A stretch of DNA of 44,539 nt, from positions 1 to 44,539 of the forward strand of contig JAQGDQ010002428.1 of the NCBI GenBank assembly GCA_030141605.1. The letters run 5' to 3'. Position numbers and translations under genes: made by a program. Shown piece after piece: positions 27,445-39,013 of the stretch (positions are counted from its first letter, which is position 1; each line of letters begins with the position of its first letter). The notes under the pieces were generated by a model, which was not told the origin of the DNA, searched no databases, and worked only from the letters and a program-made list of their open reading frames with translations. The stretch comes from Tubiluchus corallicola. Lineage: Eukaryota; Animalia; Priapulida.

Positions 27445-29097
27445 ATGATAAAATGCCTCAATGTACAAAACTATGCCTTAATAAAAAACCTAAAAATTAA
27501 CCCCTCTCCCAACTTTAATGTCATCACAGGAGAAACAGGGGCAGGAAAATCCATTTTATTAGGAGCAGTTGGCCTCCTGTTAGGCAACAGAGCTGACACC
27601 AGAGTGCTATTAGACAAAAATAAAAAGTGTATTGTAGAAGGCGTTTTTGATGTTTCAAAACAAAATATTAAAAAAATCTTCCAAAGATACAACTTAGATT
27701 ATGAAGAAGAGTGCATTATTAGAAGAGAAATAAACGCCAGTAGTAAGTCAAGAGCTTTTGTCAATGACACTCCTGTAAAATTAGAAACATTAAGTGACAT
27801 AGGTGATTTTTTGATAGATATCCACTCACAAAGTGATACATTATTATTGCGAAATAGGTCATTTCTAACAGAGGTAATAGATACATACAGCGACAATATT
27901 ACTGATCTAAAAATATACCAAAAGTTATTTACGCAATTTAAAACATACCAAGACCAATACCACTCATTAAAAAAGTCACACGAAAACAACTTAAAAGAAG
28001 AAGAATACAACCAATTTCTATTTGACGAACTAAACAGTGCCAACCTAAAAGAAGGAGAACAGGAAAAAATAGAAGAAGAGCTAAAATTTTTAGAACATGC
28101 AGAAGAAATAAACAAAAGCATCTTTGAAATTTCCTCAACATTAATGAATAACGAACCTTCAATATTACATAATCTATATAGTGTAATAAAAAAAATAGAA
28201 AAAATAAGCGGACTTTCATCACAATATCAAACACTAAAACAAAGAATAGAGAACACCTATATAGAACTCAAAGATATAGCACAAGATATAGATAACCAAG
28301 GGCAAGATATCGAGTTTGATCAAACCAAATTAGAAAAAATCGAACAACGATTAGGGCTTATCTATAAATTACAACAAAAATATAAAGTAAATTCCATATC
28401 TGAACTATTGAGCGCAAAAACAGAGCTTGAAAAAAAATTAAATAAATCCATAGATATGGAAGAAGAAATAAGCTCACTCAAAGAAAAGCTAATAAAATTG
28501 GAACAAGAGCTGAGCAACAGAGCTGAACGTATATCTGAAAGGCGAAAAAAAGCAATTCCCGTGCTAAAATCAGAAATAGAAACATATTTGCACTCTTTGG
28601 CAATGCCCGATGCCGTTACAGAATTTAACATTCAAACAACAACATTAACAAAAAATGGCACCAACGAAATAACGATGCTTTTTAGTGCTAACCTAGGTGT
28701 TGCACCACAAGAACTTAAACGCGTCGCATCAGGAGGAGAGTTTTCACGGCTAATGTTTGCATTAAAATATATATTAGCCAAAAAAATGGCAATGCCTTCA
28801 ATTATATTTGATGAAATAGATATGGGAATTTCAGGAGAAATAGCCAAAAAAATGGCAGACATGATGAGCAGCATGTCTCAATATCATCAAATAATTACCA
28901 TTACACACTTGCCACAAGTGGCAGCAAAAGGACAAACTCATTTTTTCACATTCAAAGACAAAGATGACCAGCGAGCAATTAGCAAAATAAAGCAACTCTC
29001 CACCCAAGAACGAATAGAAGAGACAGCCAAAATGATTGGTGGCGATAAAATATCTGAAATTACTTTGGCAAATGCCAAAGAATTACTAAATTGTTAG
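27445..29097 (+). CDS. recN: DNA repair protein RecN
   Basis: ITGETGAGKS, SRAFVND, coiled coil, VASGGEFSRLM, FDEIDMGISG, ITHLPQVAA. Confidence 0.97.
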   Translation: MIKCLNVQNYALIKNLKINPSPNFNVITGETGAGKSILLGAVGLLLGNRADTRVLLDKNKKCIVEGVFDVSKQNIKKIFQRYNLDYEEECIIRREINASSKSRAFVNDTPVKLETLSDIGDFLIDIHSQSDTLLLRNRSFLTEVIDTYSDNITDLKIYQKLFTQFKTYQDQYHSLKKSHENNLKEEEYNQFLFDELNSANLKEGEQEKIEEELKFLEHAEEINKSIFEISSTLMNNEPSILHNLYSVIKKIEKISGLSSQYQTLKQRIENTYIELKDIAQDIDNQGQDIEFDQTKLEKIEQRLGLIYKLQQKYKVNSISELLSAKTELEKKLNKSIDMEEEISSLKEKLIKLEQELSNRAERISERRKKAIPVLKSEIETYLHSLAMPDAVTEFNIQTTTLTKNGTNEITMLFSANLGVAPQELKRVASGGEFSRLMFALKYILAKKMAMPSIIFDEIDMGISGEIAKKMADMMSSMSQYHQIITITHLPQVAAKGQTHFFTFKDKDDQRAISKIKQLSTQERIEETAKMIGGDKISEITLANAKELLNC

Positions 29098-29178
29098 CTA
29101 AGAGTTTCTTAAAGTAACAGCATACAATTAAAAACGTTTGAAAAAAACAGAATATTGTTTACCATTGACTGTACGATT

Positions 29179-29577
29179 ATGAAAAAGAAAACAAAATTTG
29201 AATTTGATTACGAAATTAAATCATCAACCAAAATTTTATACCCATTTTTATCTACTGCCTCTGGACTATCAGAATGGTACGCCGATGAAGTAACCATAGA
29301 GAAAGAAATCTTTACTTTTTCATGGAACAATAATGATATGAAAAAAGCAAAGATAATAACGCACAAATTATATAAAAGCATTAAACTTGCTTTCTTAGAT
29401 GAACAAGGAAAAGAAACAGAAGACTGCGATTATCTTGAGTTTTTGATAGAGGAAAGTGAAATTACAAGAACAACATTCTTGAAAGTGATAGATTATTCAG
29501 ATTTTGATGATGTAGAAGAGCTACACGACGTATGGACAAATCTATTTGAAGATTTAAAACGAAAAATAGGAGCTTAA
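29179..29577 (+). CDS. START-like domain protein (Bacteroidota START_2)
   Basis: LYPFLSTASGLSEWYADEV, FTFSW, LKVIDY, LKRKIG. ATG 29179 preferred over TTG 29155. Confidence 0.8.
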   Translation: MKKKTKFEFDYEIKSSTKILYPFLSTASGLSEWYADEVTIEKEIFTFSWNNNDMKKAKIITHKLYKSIKLAFLDEQGKETEDCDYLEFLIEESEITRTTFLKVIDYSDFDDVEELHDVWTNLFEDLKRKIGA

Positions 29578-29644
29578 AAAAAATTATAACTATCTTTACA
29601 CTTCATACATAGTACCCATGTTTTGCAAAATATAATTTAATATC

Positions 29645-30070
29645 ATGCTTGATTACATAAAAGAACTAATCCTTCGCCTTTTAGGAATAGATAAAATATT
29701 GCAATTATTACATACAATAATAGAAGAAAATATTGCGATAGTAAAAGCTAAAATAGAACCGCTATTTTCCTTATTTATTACAAGGTTAGTATTTGCTCTC
29801 ATCATTGTTTTATTTATCAATTCATTCATGCTATTAGTTAGTATAGGAACAGGAATTTACTTAAATCAAGAGCTAGGCAGTTCTTATTTAGGATTTATTA
29901 TAGTTGGTGCATTTCATTTTATGTTAGCAATATTGATGTTTGTGTTTAAAAGGCTAACTATCAAAATAATACAATCTATTTTTTACCCTATATTTAAAAT
30001 AAAAAAACACAATAAAAAAAGTAGTTTCCTAAAAAAAGAAAAGAAAAAAATAGTGAGGAAAGTGAGTTAA
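29645..30070 (+). CDS. Small two-TM membrane protein, holin-X/YqjE-like ('phage holin family')
   Basis: 141 aa, two hydrophobic helices, LNQELGSSYLGFIIVGAF motif, basic C-terminus. Confidence 0.6.
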   Translation: MLDYIKELILRLLGIDKILQLLHTIIEENIAIVKAKIEPLFSLFITRLVFALIIVLFINSFMLLVSIGTGIYLNQELGSSYLGFIIVGAFHFMLAILMFVFKRLTIKIIQSIFYPIFKIKKHNKKSSFLKKEKKKIVRKVS

Positions 30071-30171
30071 ACTTTAAACTTTGGTAGTTTCCAATATTAA
30101 AAAAACATTTCTACCACTTTTTCTAATAAAAATTAAAATAAAACCATAGAAGTAAAAAGATAAACAATATT

Positions 30172-31887
30172 ATGCATCTTAGTGAACACGAAATTAGAAG
30201 GAGAGAAGAAAAAAAAGAATTAGAAAAATTAAGTATAAACCCATACCCTTCTCAAACGTTTGATGTAAACATAACATCAACAGAAATAACTCTTAACCCA
30301 ACAGCATTTAAAAAAGACCAAGAAGTTTCTATTGCAGGACGAATTATGAGCAGGCGAATTATGGGATCCGCCTCTTTTATTGAACTACAAGATCAAGTAG
30401 GAAAAATACAAGTTTACTTACGACGTGATGACCTATGCCCAAATGACGATAAAACTCTATATAATATAGTGTTTAAAAAATTGATGGATATAGGGGATAT
30501 TATAGGAATAAAAGGCTATGTGTTTACTACCCAAACTGGAGAAATATCAATATATGCACAGCAAATAATCCTGTTGTCAAAATCGTTACGCCCTATTCCA
30601 ATAGTCAAAGAGGCACAAAAAGAAAATGATGTAAAGGTATATGATGCGTTTAAAGATCCAGAACAGAGGTATCGCCAACGATATGTAGACTTGATTGTCA
30701 ATCCAAAAACCAAAGAAACATTTATTAAAAGAACCAAGCTAATCAATGTTGTCCGCAGTTTTTTAAACAAAAAAGATTATTTGGAGGTGGAGACCCCCAT
30801 ATTGCAGCCCATTTATGGTGGAGCATTAGCAAAGCCATTTGTAACACACCACCACTCCTTAGACACAAAACTCTATTTAAGAATTGCCAATGAGCTATAC
30901 TTAAAAAGGTTAATTGTTGGAGGCTTTGAAGGGGTATATGAGTTTGCAAAAGATTTCAGAAATGAAGGCATGTCACGTTTTCATAATCCCGAATTTACTC
31001 AAGTAGAGTTATATGTAGCCTACAAAGACTACGAATGGATGATGAACCTAGTAGAAGAGATGATAGAAAAAGTAGCTATAGAAGTTACAGGATCTACAAA
31101 GGTAAAAGTAGGCGATAATGTTATTGACTTTAAACGTTCCTGGAAAAGGTTTACCATGTTTGATGCAATAGAACATTTTACCAAAATAAACATATCTGAA
31201 ATGAATGTGACAGAGTTGACAAAAACAGCTCAAAAACTAAATATAGAACTTGATGCTACTATGGGTAAAGGTAAAATTATAGATGAAATATTTGGTGCCT
31301 ATTGTGAACCACATTTAATCCAGCCCACTTTCATTACAGACTATCCAATAGAAATGTCGCCATTAGCAAAAAAACACAGAAATAAACATGGACTTACAGA
31401 GCGATTTGAAGTTATTTGTAATGGCAAAGAAATATGCAATGCCTTTTCTGAACTCAATGACCCACTAGATCAAAGAGAACGATTCGATGCGCAATTAGAG
31501 CTAAAAACCAGAGGAGATCAAGAATCTATGATGTTAGATGAAGATTTTTTAAGAGCATTAGAGTATGGCATGCCTCCCACGGCAGGGTTGGGCATTGGTA
31601 TTGACAGGTTGGCTATGATAATGACAAATTCTAATTCTATTCAAGATGTCATTCTATTTCCCCAAATGAGACCTGAGAAGAAAAAAAATAATTTCAAAGA
31701 TTTTGAAAATTTAGGTATTCCAAAAGAATGGATAGATGTAATACTAAAAATAGGAATAGAGTCAACAAAAGAGCTAAAAGAGATTAAACCAACACAATTG
31801 CATCAAAAATTAAACGGATATAGAAAAAAAACAAAAATAAATATCCCTGCCATACAGCTTGAGGAGGTTACATTATGGCTAAAATAG
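30172..31887 (+). CDS. lysS: Lysine--tRNA ligase (class II) with C-terminal extension
   Basis: [58 protein letters not shown]. Confidence 0.98.
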   Translation: MHLSEHEIRRREEKKELEKLSINPYPSQTFDVNITSTEITLNPTAFKKDQEVSIAGRIMSRRIMGSASFIELQDQVGKIQVYLRRDDLCPNDDKTLYNIVFKKLMDIGDIIGIKGYVFTTQTGEISIYAQQIILLSKSLRPIPIVKEAQKENDVKVYDAFKDPEQRYRQRYVDLIVNPKTKETFIKRTKLINVVRSFLNKKDYLEVETPILQPIYGGALAKPFVTHHHSLDTKLYLRIANELYLKRLIVGGFEGVYEFAKDFRNEGMSRFHNPEFTQVELYVAYKDYEWMMNLVEEMIEKVAIEVTGSTKVKVGDNVIDFKRSWKRFTMFDAIEHFTKINISEMNVTELTKTAQKLNIELDATMGKGKIIDEIFGAYCEPHLIQPTFITDYPIEMSPLAKKHRNKHGLTERFEVICNGKEICNAFSELNDPLDQRERFDAQLELKTRGDQESMMLDEDFLRALEYGMPPTAGLGIGIDRLAMIMTNSNSIQDVILFPQMRPEKKKNNFKDFENLGIPKEWIDVILKIGIESTKELKEIKPTQLHQKLNGYRKKTKINIPAIQLEEVTLWLK

Positions 31888-31926
31888 AATATATATAAAT
31901 ACAGTCTTTAGTATAATTAGATATTT

Positions 31927-33600
31927 ATGTTAACAAAAAAAACACAATACAAAAGACATAAAGCAATAAAGAGCAAGTCTTGGGCAAAAAAAATCACCTT
32001 TATTTCATGGATATTTGCTCTTTTAATAGCATTAGTTTCATGTTTTTCAGCCGATGATCTTGCTTTTAAGGATCCTCAAATAGATACAAACCTTGCTTTT
32101 CCGATAGGAAATACAAAATTTAGAATTATAAGCTTATTCCCGTTAGGCAATGGGCTTGAAATAAACAAAGAAGACAAAATTTTACACTACACCTACACTG
32201 AACATATACCTGATTACTCAAGTGATGAGTTTGTAAAAATTAATCCTTTTATCTCTTCTACTTTTTTAAGTTTTAACGCATTAGGAATGTTTGATGGCCC
32301 AAATCAACAGATACTTAACGGTATCTATCCCGTGGCAGATGGCTTAGTTTTAACCGTGTTAAGAGATCCTTCAGAGGCAGATAAAGTTCAAATTGATGGG
32401 CGACTTTGGTTTGACATAATAGACATAACAGACCTTGATCCCAATAGAAAATGTTCTCACTTTAGCATAAGAATTACTATTCCAAATGCCATACATATAG
32501 AGACAGAAGAAGTTTTTTCTAAATTCTATTCTTTATCCAGTTGTGCTGAAAATTTTGCAGACTTACAAAATTATATGATAACTCCAAATGCAGGAACGAA
32601 GCAAGATATTAACGTTTATTTTGAAGTTTTTGTAGATGGCAACATAGACGTACTTAGAAAGGAGAATCCAGATATACAAATAGACGTAATATTAGAAGAT
32701 GAAGCAAAAGCAGGTTATTTTGAAGGAGACATAGGTCCTTTAGTTTTTTTCCCTGTTGAATCAGATATAGACATTGGCATTAACGACATATTAAAAGACC
32801 AAGAAGAGGTAATAGACAATATAATACTAACAGAAGTATATCTTAAGCTAGGAGTAGTAAATGAAGGGTTGGTAATAAAAGACAATGATTTGTTGTTAAG
32901 TATAGCCTTTGATGGCAATGAATTACGAAAAAAAGATAACTCTCCCCTCAGCGTTATCACTCTACCTAGCCCACCAAATACAACTGAATCTGTAGTAGAA
33001 GAGATGGTTTACAGTCAAGAAAACACCAACGTATTAGATGTGCTTTCATTGAAAACAGAAGAAATAAAATATAGAGGCGACCTATCTGTTAACCAGTCCA
33101 TTCCTCCCATGGACAAGGTTGATATGCTCAGTAAAGATAGCGAAATTCAAATGAGTTTGGAAGTTGACATTCCTATGAAAGTGATATTTGACGAAATAAC
33201 GTATCAAGTAAATCTATATACAGGAAAAACGTTCAAAGTAGATCCTTCTCTTAACACTACTGCCCTACTTAGCCTATATTATAAAAATTTTGACCCCATG
33301 GAGTACAATGGTAAAATTCAATTATTGGACTCTTCTCGCCTCTCTATTCCTCCCATCTATTTAGATCCTGTAGATGCTAAATCAGACAACGGTGACAATA
33401 TTATTTTTAAACCAAATGAAGAGTCTGTTACCTTTTTTACTCTAACAGATGAAATTCTTGAACAAATTAGGGATTATGAAAAGTTAGCAATAAATTTTGA
33501 CATAAACTTCACATCAAATGATGATGTTGTTTCTGTTAGAGAAACTAGCGGATTTGACGTGTCATTGAGTATATATCTGCAGTCCAAAATGGATTTTTAA
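31927..33600 (+). CDS. Hypothetical acidic lipoprotein
   Basis: 557 aa; basic N-terminus, hydrophobic stretch and lipobox LVSC, followed by an acidic beta-rich sequence. No motif recognised. Confidence 0.7.
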   Translation: MLTKKTQYKRHKAIKSKSWAKKITFISWIFALLIALVSCFSADDLAFKDPQIDTNLAFPIGNTKFRIISLFPLGNGLEINKEDKILHYTYTEHIPDYSSDEFVKINPFISSTFLSFNALGMFDGPNQQILNGIYPVADGLVLTVLRDPSEADKVQIDGRLWFDIIDITDLDPNRKCSHFSIRITIPNAIHIETEEVFSKFYSLSSCAENFADLQNYMITPNAGTKQDINVYFEVFVDGNIDVLRKENPDIQIDVILEDEAKAGYFEGDIGPLVFFPVESDIDIGINDILKDQEEVIDNIILTEVYLKLGVVNEGLVIKDNDLLLSIAFDGNELRKKDNSPLSVITLPSPPNTTESVVEEMVYSQENTNVLDVLSLKTEEIKYRGDLSVNQSIPPMDKVDMLSKDSEIQMSLEVDIPMKVIFDEITYQVNLYTGKTFKVDPSLNTTALLSLYYKNFDPMEYNGKIQLLDSSRLSIPPIYLDPVDAKSDNGDNIIFKPNEESVTFFTLTDEILEQIRDYEKLAINFDINFTSNDDVVSVRETSGFDVSLSIYLQSKMDF

Positions 33601-33604
33601 AAAA

Positions 33605-34225
33605 TCATGTGGTTTTTTTTCTGCGAGATATTTCATCTCTAATGATAGTCGCTTCTTCGTAATCTTCGTGCTCCACAGCTTCTTTTAACCTCTCTTTGAG
33701 TTCGGTAATGCTCTGTTTGGCATACTCTTTTTTTCCTGCAAAGTTCATATTGGGTGAGGCTGTTTGCCTGCCTGCCTGTTGAATGTCAAACTCTGGCCGT
33801 CCCTTATTAGAAGTTTTTATTTTAATTCCTGCCTCACCCATTATATTGTCATAGATATATATAGGGCATTTTATCCTTAATGCCAAAGCAATAGCGTCAG
33901 AAGGGCGAGAATCTATTTCTATCGTTTTATCATCTAGCGTGCAAAGAATTTTTGCATAAAAAATACCATCTACAAGGTCTGATATAACTATTTCTTTGAA
34001 TTGGATGCTAAACTTTGAAGCCATCTCCTTCACCAAATCATAAACTAACGGTCTAGTTGGAGCAATATTCTCTATCTCTATATGAATAGCTTGTGCTTCA
34101 GATAGGCCTACAATGATAGGTATGTACACATTGCCATCAATTTTCTTTAAAACAAGAGCAAAAGAACTGTTTTTGTTTGTTGGCAAAATATCTACAATAG
34201 ATAATTCTATTTTATGTCGCTCCAT
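33605..34225 (-). CDS. Bifunctional nuclease family protein (DUF151) with UVR domain
   Basis: PIIVGLSEAQAI, RPLVYDL, DSRPSDAIALA, C-terminal AVEHEDYEEATIIRDEI. Confidence 0.92.
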   Translation of the reverse strand: MERHKIELSIVDILPTNKNSSFALVLKKIDGNVYIPIIVGLSEAQAIHIEIENIAPTRPLVYDLVKEMASKFSIQFKEIVISDLVDGIFYAKILCTLDDKTIEIDSRPSDAIALALRIKCPIYIYDNIMGEAGIKIKTSNKGRPEFDIQQAGRQTASPNMNFAGKKEYAKQSITELKERLKEAVEHEDYEEATIIRDEISRRKKTT

Positions 34226-34334
34226 CTAATAAATTATTCTCTTGTAATTTTACCTTAAGTAAAAAAATACTTTGAATATGTCCAAATTTTTTGATTAAAA
34301 AGTGTTTTTAATTCTAACAATCTATCGGTCTATG

Positions 34335-35435
34335 CTATACATTAAACCTAAAATGCATTATGTCTCCATCTTTTACAACATAATTTTTCCCTTCAATGGC
34401 CAATTTTCCAGCTTCTTTGCAGGCTAATTCTGTCTTTAATTCTATCAAATCTTCTAATTTCAAAACTTCCGCCTTAATAAATCCTTTCTCAAAATCGCTG
34501 TGTATTGCTCCAGCAGCTTGCGGGGCTGTATCTCCTCTTTTAATTGTCCACGCACGCACTTCTTGTTTGCCAGCAGTAAAATATGTTATTAAATTCAACA
34601 GTTTATATGAGGCTTTGATGAGTTTATCCAAGCCTGATGTGTCGATTCCATACTCTTTAAAAAAGCTGTTTTTTTCGTTTTCATCCTGCAACTCTGATAT
34701 TTGAGCCTCCAATGTAGCACTAACAACTATCAATTCGGCTTTTTCTTTTGCTGCAGAATTTCTCAATGTCTCTATATGCTTATTGCCTGCCACGACCGAT
34801 TCTTCGTCTGTATTAGCAACATATATTATAGGCTTCAAAGTAATAAGATGCAAATCTTTGAGTTGAGATAAATACTTTTCGTCAAGTACTAAGGAGCGTA
34901 AATTTTTGCCTTGCTCAAGGTGTTGTTTAGCTGTTGACATCACCTCATATTGAAACATTGCTTCCTTATCTCCTGACTTTGCTATTTTTTCTACTTTCTT
35001 AATTCTTTTCTCAACACTTTCAAGATCTTTTAGTTGAAGTTCTGCGTTAATAATATTTTTATCACTTACTGGATCTATTTTTCCGTTAACATGAACAATA
35101 TTCTCATCTTCAAAACATCTAATTACATGTACTATAGCATCTACTTGGCGTATGTTGGCTAAAAATTTATTCCCAAGTCCTTCTCCTTTACTAGCCCCTT
35201 CTACTAACCCCGCAATATCTACAAACTCTATTACTGTTGGAACAGTTTTGTCAGGTTCAACAAGTTGAGCTATAATATTTAATCGCTCATCTGGAACAAA
35301 TACCCTTCCTATATTAGGTTCTATGGTACAAAAAGGAAAATTTTCTGCTTCTGCTTTGCTCTTTGATAAAAGGGCATTAAATAATGTAGACTTACCTACA
35401 TTGGGTAGCCCTACAATACCGCATTGTAATCCCAT
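34335..35435 (-). CDS. ychF: Redox-regulated ATPase YchF
   Basis: [57 protein letters not shown]. Confidence 0.98.
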   Translation of the reverse strand: MGLQCGIVGLPNVGKSTLFNALLSKSKAEAENFPFCTIEPNIGRVFVPDERLNIIAQLVEPDKTVPTVIEFVDIAGLVEGASKGEGLGNKFLANIRQVDAIVHVIRCFEDENIVHVNGKIDPVSDKNIINAELQLKDLESVEKRIKKVEKIAKSGDKEAMFQYEVMSTAKQHLEQGKNLRSLVLDEKYLSQLKDLHLITLKPIIYVANTDEESVVAGNKHIETLRNSAAKEKAELIVVSATLEAQISELQDENEKNSFFKEYGIDTSGLDKLIKASYKLLNLITYFTAGKQEVRAWTIKRGDTAPQAAGAIHSDFEKGFIKAEVLKLEDLIELKTELACKEAGKLAIEGKNYVVKDGDIMHFRFNV

Positions 35436-35444
35436 CTGTTTATT

Positions 35445-36551
35445 TTATATTTTAAAGATATGATAATTCTTAAATCCTTTGTAAAACTCATTAAATGAAA
35501 CTTTTATGATTGTGAATGTAGGGATTGCTAATATCATTCCTACAACACCGTTTACCATAGCGCCTACAAAGATAACAATAAAAATAGCAAGCGGATGAGT
35601 TTTTACACTTTTTGAAAAAATTAATGGCTGGGTTACTATATTGTCAAACAAATGAACTAAACTTCCTACTGAAATTATTTTTAGGCATAAAATAATTAAA
35701 TCAGGAGACCACAGCATGGAATCATAGTTTGCTGTAATGGAAACAATTACACCAAAAGTTACTCCCATTAGTGGCCCAACAAAAGGAATAGCACTAGCAA
35801 TAGCGTCAAACAAGGCAATAGTAACGCTATATTTTACCCCCATTATTGATAGTCCAATTGACATCAAAGTAAATATGGTGGTAAGTTGAAAAATCAACCC
35901 TATAAGGTAGTTAGATAAGAGTTTTTCTATTTTATAAAGAGCAGTTATAAACACTTCAAAATAGGCATTTGGTATAGCCGAAATAATTAAATTTCTTAAA
36001 ATGCCTTTCTTTTCATACAAAAGAAAAAAAGTAATAAAAGACACAGCTAAAACAGATATTACGACACCAGAGGTAAAGGAGACTAATTGATTCATCACTT
36101 TTGCAAAGTCCATATTTCTTATTCTATAAAAAATATCACTCATAATCTCTTGCCTTACAAAGCCTTTACTGCTTTCTGTCCAATTATTCTCTATCAAAAA
36201 GTCTTCTATTGCCGTAGAAATAGGGACTATTATTTTTTCTAAAATAGCAGCATATTCAAAGGATGAAATAATACTTATCTGTCGGGATATCAAAGGAGCA
36301 AAAGTATAACCAAATAGTACAAAAACAGAAACCAAAAGCAGATAAACTAACACAACTGCTAGTGTTCTTGGAACTCTAATTTTAAAAAATTGAGTTTTTT
36401 CAAAGCGGTTAACTAAAGGGCGACAAATTGTAGCAAATACTATAGCAATGATAAAATATAAAAATATGTTTGAGAAAAAACTTGCTATTGAAACCAATAC
36501 AAGTATTCCAACAACTATATATAGTACTTTTATTAATGTTTTATTTTGCAT
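35445..36551 (-). CDS. AI-2E family transporter
   Basis: Multi-TM; PLVNRFE, IPFVGP, DNIVTQPLIFSKSVKTHPL, GMILAIP. Confidence 0.9.
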   Translation of the reverse strand: MQNKTLIKVLYIVVGILVLVSIASFFSNIFLYFIIAIVFATICRPLVNRFEKTQFFKIRVPRTLAVVLVYLLLVSVFVLFGYTFAPLISRQISIISSFEYAAILEKIIVPISTAIEDFLIENNWTESSKGFVRQEIMSDIFYRIRNMDFAKVMNQLVSFTSGVVISVLAVSFITFFLLYEKKGILRNLIISAIPNAYFEVFITALYKIEKLLSNYLIGLIFQLTTIFTLMSIGLSIMGVKYSVTIALFDAIASAIPFVGPLMGVTFGVIVSITANYDSMLWSPDLIILCLKIISVGSLVHLFDNIVTQPLIFSKSVKTHPLAIFIVIFVGAMVNGVVGMILAIPTFTIIKVSFNEFYKGFKNYHIFKI

Positions 36552-36662
36552 ATAGAATATTACTTAGCGTCACAGCAAATAACTATAAATTTTAATAACA
36601 AGCAAAAAAAACATATTATTTTACAATTTTACTCACTTTCTGTAAGTGTATCAAAAAAATGT

Positions 36663-36911
36663 CTAATCTTCTGTTTCTACTGCCACAATATCTGGAACTA
36701 CTTTTGTTATTGCCTCTTTTACTCCAAATTTTAATGTCGTTTCAGAAATAGGGCAAGCATGACATGCTCCTAATAGCTTTACCTTTACAACCATATCGTT
36801 AGTTATATCTACTAAATGAACATCTCCCCCGTCTGCTTGCAAATATGGCCTAATATTTTCCAAGGCTTTTTCTATTTTCAATAACAATTCTTTTTTTTGC
36901 TCTTTATCCAT
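36663..36911 (-). CDS. NifU-like Fe-S carrier
   Basis: IRPYLQADGGDV, GACHACP, TLKFGV. Confidence 0.93.
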   Translation of the reverse strand: MDKEQKKELLLKIEKALENIRPYLQADGGDVHLVDITNDMVVKVKLLGACHACPISETTLKFGVKEAITKVVPDIVAVETED

Positions 36912-36918
36912 GAGTGTT

Positions 36919-38016
36919 CTATTTTTTTGTTACCTCAACTACTTTGGTTGTTGGCTTTGTTGCGTTTTGTATTGCTATTTTCTGTGCTAAATTTTGTGAT
37001 ATGATACGAAATTTTTCAGCCATCACTCCATCCGTCAATGCTAAGGGAACTCCTTTATCTCCTGTTTCTGCAATACTTTGCATAATAGGTATTTCTCCTA
37101 AAAAAGGTATTTTTTTTGTTTCGGCAAAGGACTTGCCTCCATTTTTCCCAAAGATATAATATTTATTATTTGGCAACTCCTTTGGAGTAAAATATGCCAT
37201 GTTTTCTATAAGTCCTAAAATAGGAACGTTTATTTTCGGTTGCTCAAACATTGCTACTCCTCGTGCCACATCTGCCAATGCTACTTTTTGGGGTGTTGTA
37301 ACCATAACCACCCCTGAAAGTGCTATTGTTTGCACCAATGTCAAATGAATGTCGCTTGTTCCTGGTGGTAAATCTATTAAAAGATAGTCTAACTCTCCCC
37401 AGTGTGTCTCTCCTATAAATTGCCGTAATGCCGAACTTGCCATAGGACCCCGCCATATTACTGCATCTTCGGGGTCAGATAGAAAGCCTATAGACATAAG
37501 TTTTATACCGTGCTTTTCAAAGGGAATTAATAAATTTCTTCCATCAACAGCTTGTACGTCAGGCTGGGCATTTTCACAACCGAACATAATAGGAATAGAA
37601 GGACCAAAAATATCTGCATCTACCAAACCTACTTTAGCTCCTAACTTTGCCAATGCAACAGCAAGGTTTGCCGTAACTGTAGATTTTCCTACACCTCCTT
37701 TGCCAGACGCTATAGCTATAATGTTCTTTACATTAGGCAGTTTTGATGCAAGGGATTGTTGCGGCACTGTAACTTCTGCAGTGGTATTTATTTCTATTTC
37801 TATTCCTTCTTTCAGTTCTGAAACATTTTTTCTACATTGCTCTTCCAAATAATTCTTTAATGGACAAGCAGGTGTTGTGAGAACCAAATCAAAAGTTACT
37901 TTTTTGTCTTTGATTGTTACATTTCTAATCATATTTAAAGTAACCAAATCCTTTTTTAAATCAGGATCTTGCACCTGTGCTAATTTGTTTAACACTGCTT
38001 GTTTTGTTATTGACAT
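36919..38016 (-). CDS. mrp: Mrp/NBP35 (ApbC) Fe-S carrier ATPase
   Basis: LTTPACPL, SGKGGVGKST, DADIFGPS, WRGPMAS, DLPPGTSD, ENMAYF. Confidence 0.95.
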   Translation of the reverse strand: MSITKQAVLNKLAQVQDPDLKKDLVTLNMIRNVTIKDKKVTFDLVLTTPACPLKNYLEEQCRKNVSELKEGIEIEINTTAEVTVPQQSLASKLPNVKNIIAIASGKGGVGKSTVTANLAVALAKLGAKVGLVDADIFGPSIPIMFGCENAQPDVQAVDGRNLLIPFEKHGIKLMSIGFLSDPEDAVIWRGPMASSALRQFIGETHWGELDYLLIDLPPGTSDIHLTLVQTIALSGVVMVTTPQKVALADVARGVAMFEQPKINVPILGLIENMAYFTPKELPNNKYYIFGKNGGKSFAETKKIPFLGEIPIMQSIAETGDKGVPLALTDGVMAEKFRIISQNLAQKIAIQNATKPTTKVVEVTKK

Positions 38017-38107
38017 TCTTTTTTGTTTTATTTATATTAAATCCAAATATAAAAAACATTTTGATATTATCAATTTTTGATCTACAATTCTTTACAATAG
38101 AGTGCTG

Positions 38108-38917
38108 CTATACTTGAATAAGATAGGCGTTGTTGTTATCTATAAAACTCTTATCGATAGGAGTATCACAGTCAAAAATTCCAAAAACAGATGATCCCGA
38201 GCCACTCATAGCAGCATAGATAGCTCCATGTTGATAAAATTGGTTTTTAATCTCTTTTATTGTAGGATATTGAGCAAATACGGTGTCTTCAAAATCATTC
38301 TCTAAGCAGTTTTTCCACTCACTTACTGTTTTGTGTTTTAGAATTTTTTGTATAGTATTGGTGTGCGGTTTTATGATTAATTGTGAATATGCTTGTTGGG
38401 ATGAAACAAATATCTGGGGGTATATAAGTAGTATTTTTTTTCTTTTTAGCTCAATATTAATGGGGAGTAAAACGTTTCCTTTTTTTGTACCTATCATTGG
38501 CTTGTTGTCTATAAAAAAAGCACAATCGCTTCCTAGTAGACTTGCCAAGTGTTTTAATTGTTCATCGGATAATTTTACTTGAAACAAATTATTTAGCATG
38601 ATTAAAATATGAGCAGCATCGGATGAGCCTCCTCCCAACCCCGCTCCAATAGGTATCACTTTATGCAAATGAATATGCACATTAGGAACGTTATGTTTTT
38701 TGCGCATTAATTGGTATGCCTTTACACATAAATTTTCTTCTGTACCTTCTATTGGATTGCCGCTTGTTGTAAATTTAAATTTTTTCGATGGGATAACCTC
38801 TAAAATATCTTGCAATGCAATAGGGAAAAAGCATGTTTCTATGTTGTGAAACCCATCTTCTCGTTTGTTGATTACATGCAGACCAATATTTATTTTAGCA
38901 TTTGGAAATGTTATCAT
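38108..38917 (-). CDS. ispE: 4-(cytidine 5'-diphospho)-2-C-methyl-D-erythritol kinase
   Basis: NAKINIGL, GFHNIET, IPIGAGLGGGSSDAA, LGSDCAFF, MSGSGSSVF. Confidence 0.96.
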   Translation of the reverse strand: MITFPNAKINIGLHVINKREDGFHNIETCFFPIALQDILEVIPSKKFKFTTSGNPIEGTEENLCVKAYQLMRKKHNVPNVHIHLHKVIPIGAGLGGGSSDAAHILIMLNNLFQVKLSDEQLKHLASLLGSDCAFFIDNKPMIGTKKGNVLLPINIELKRKKILLIYPQIFVSSQQAYSQLIIKPHTNTIQKILKHKTVSEWKNCLENDFEDTVFAQYPTIKEIKNQFYQHGAIYAAMSGSGSSVFGIFDCDTPIDKSFIDNNNAYLIQV

Positions 38918-38948
38918 GCTCTAAATAAAATCATAGTTATAAAAACAA

Positions 38949-38993
38949 AAAACCCATATGCCACAATCGAAAATATTATGGTATATGGGTTTT
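38949..38993 (-). terminator. Long hairpin downstream of the GLUG lipoprotein gene (likely intrinsic terminator)
   Basis: 19-bp imperfect stem 38949-38967/38975-38993 with a T-tract on the minus strand. Confidence 0.6.
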
Positions 38994-39013
38994 ACCTTTT
39001 CATTATATAGTAT

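Noticed and set aside
29645-30070. Holin-like gene as evidence of a prophage
   Set aside because: No endolysin, structural or replication phage genes nearby; this membrane family is common on Bacteroidota chromosomes.
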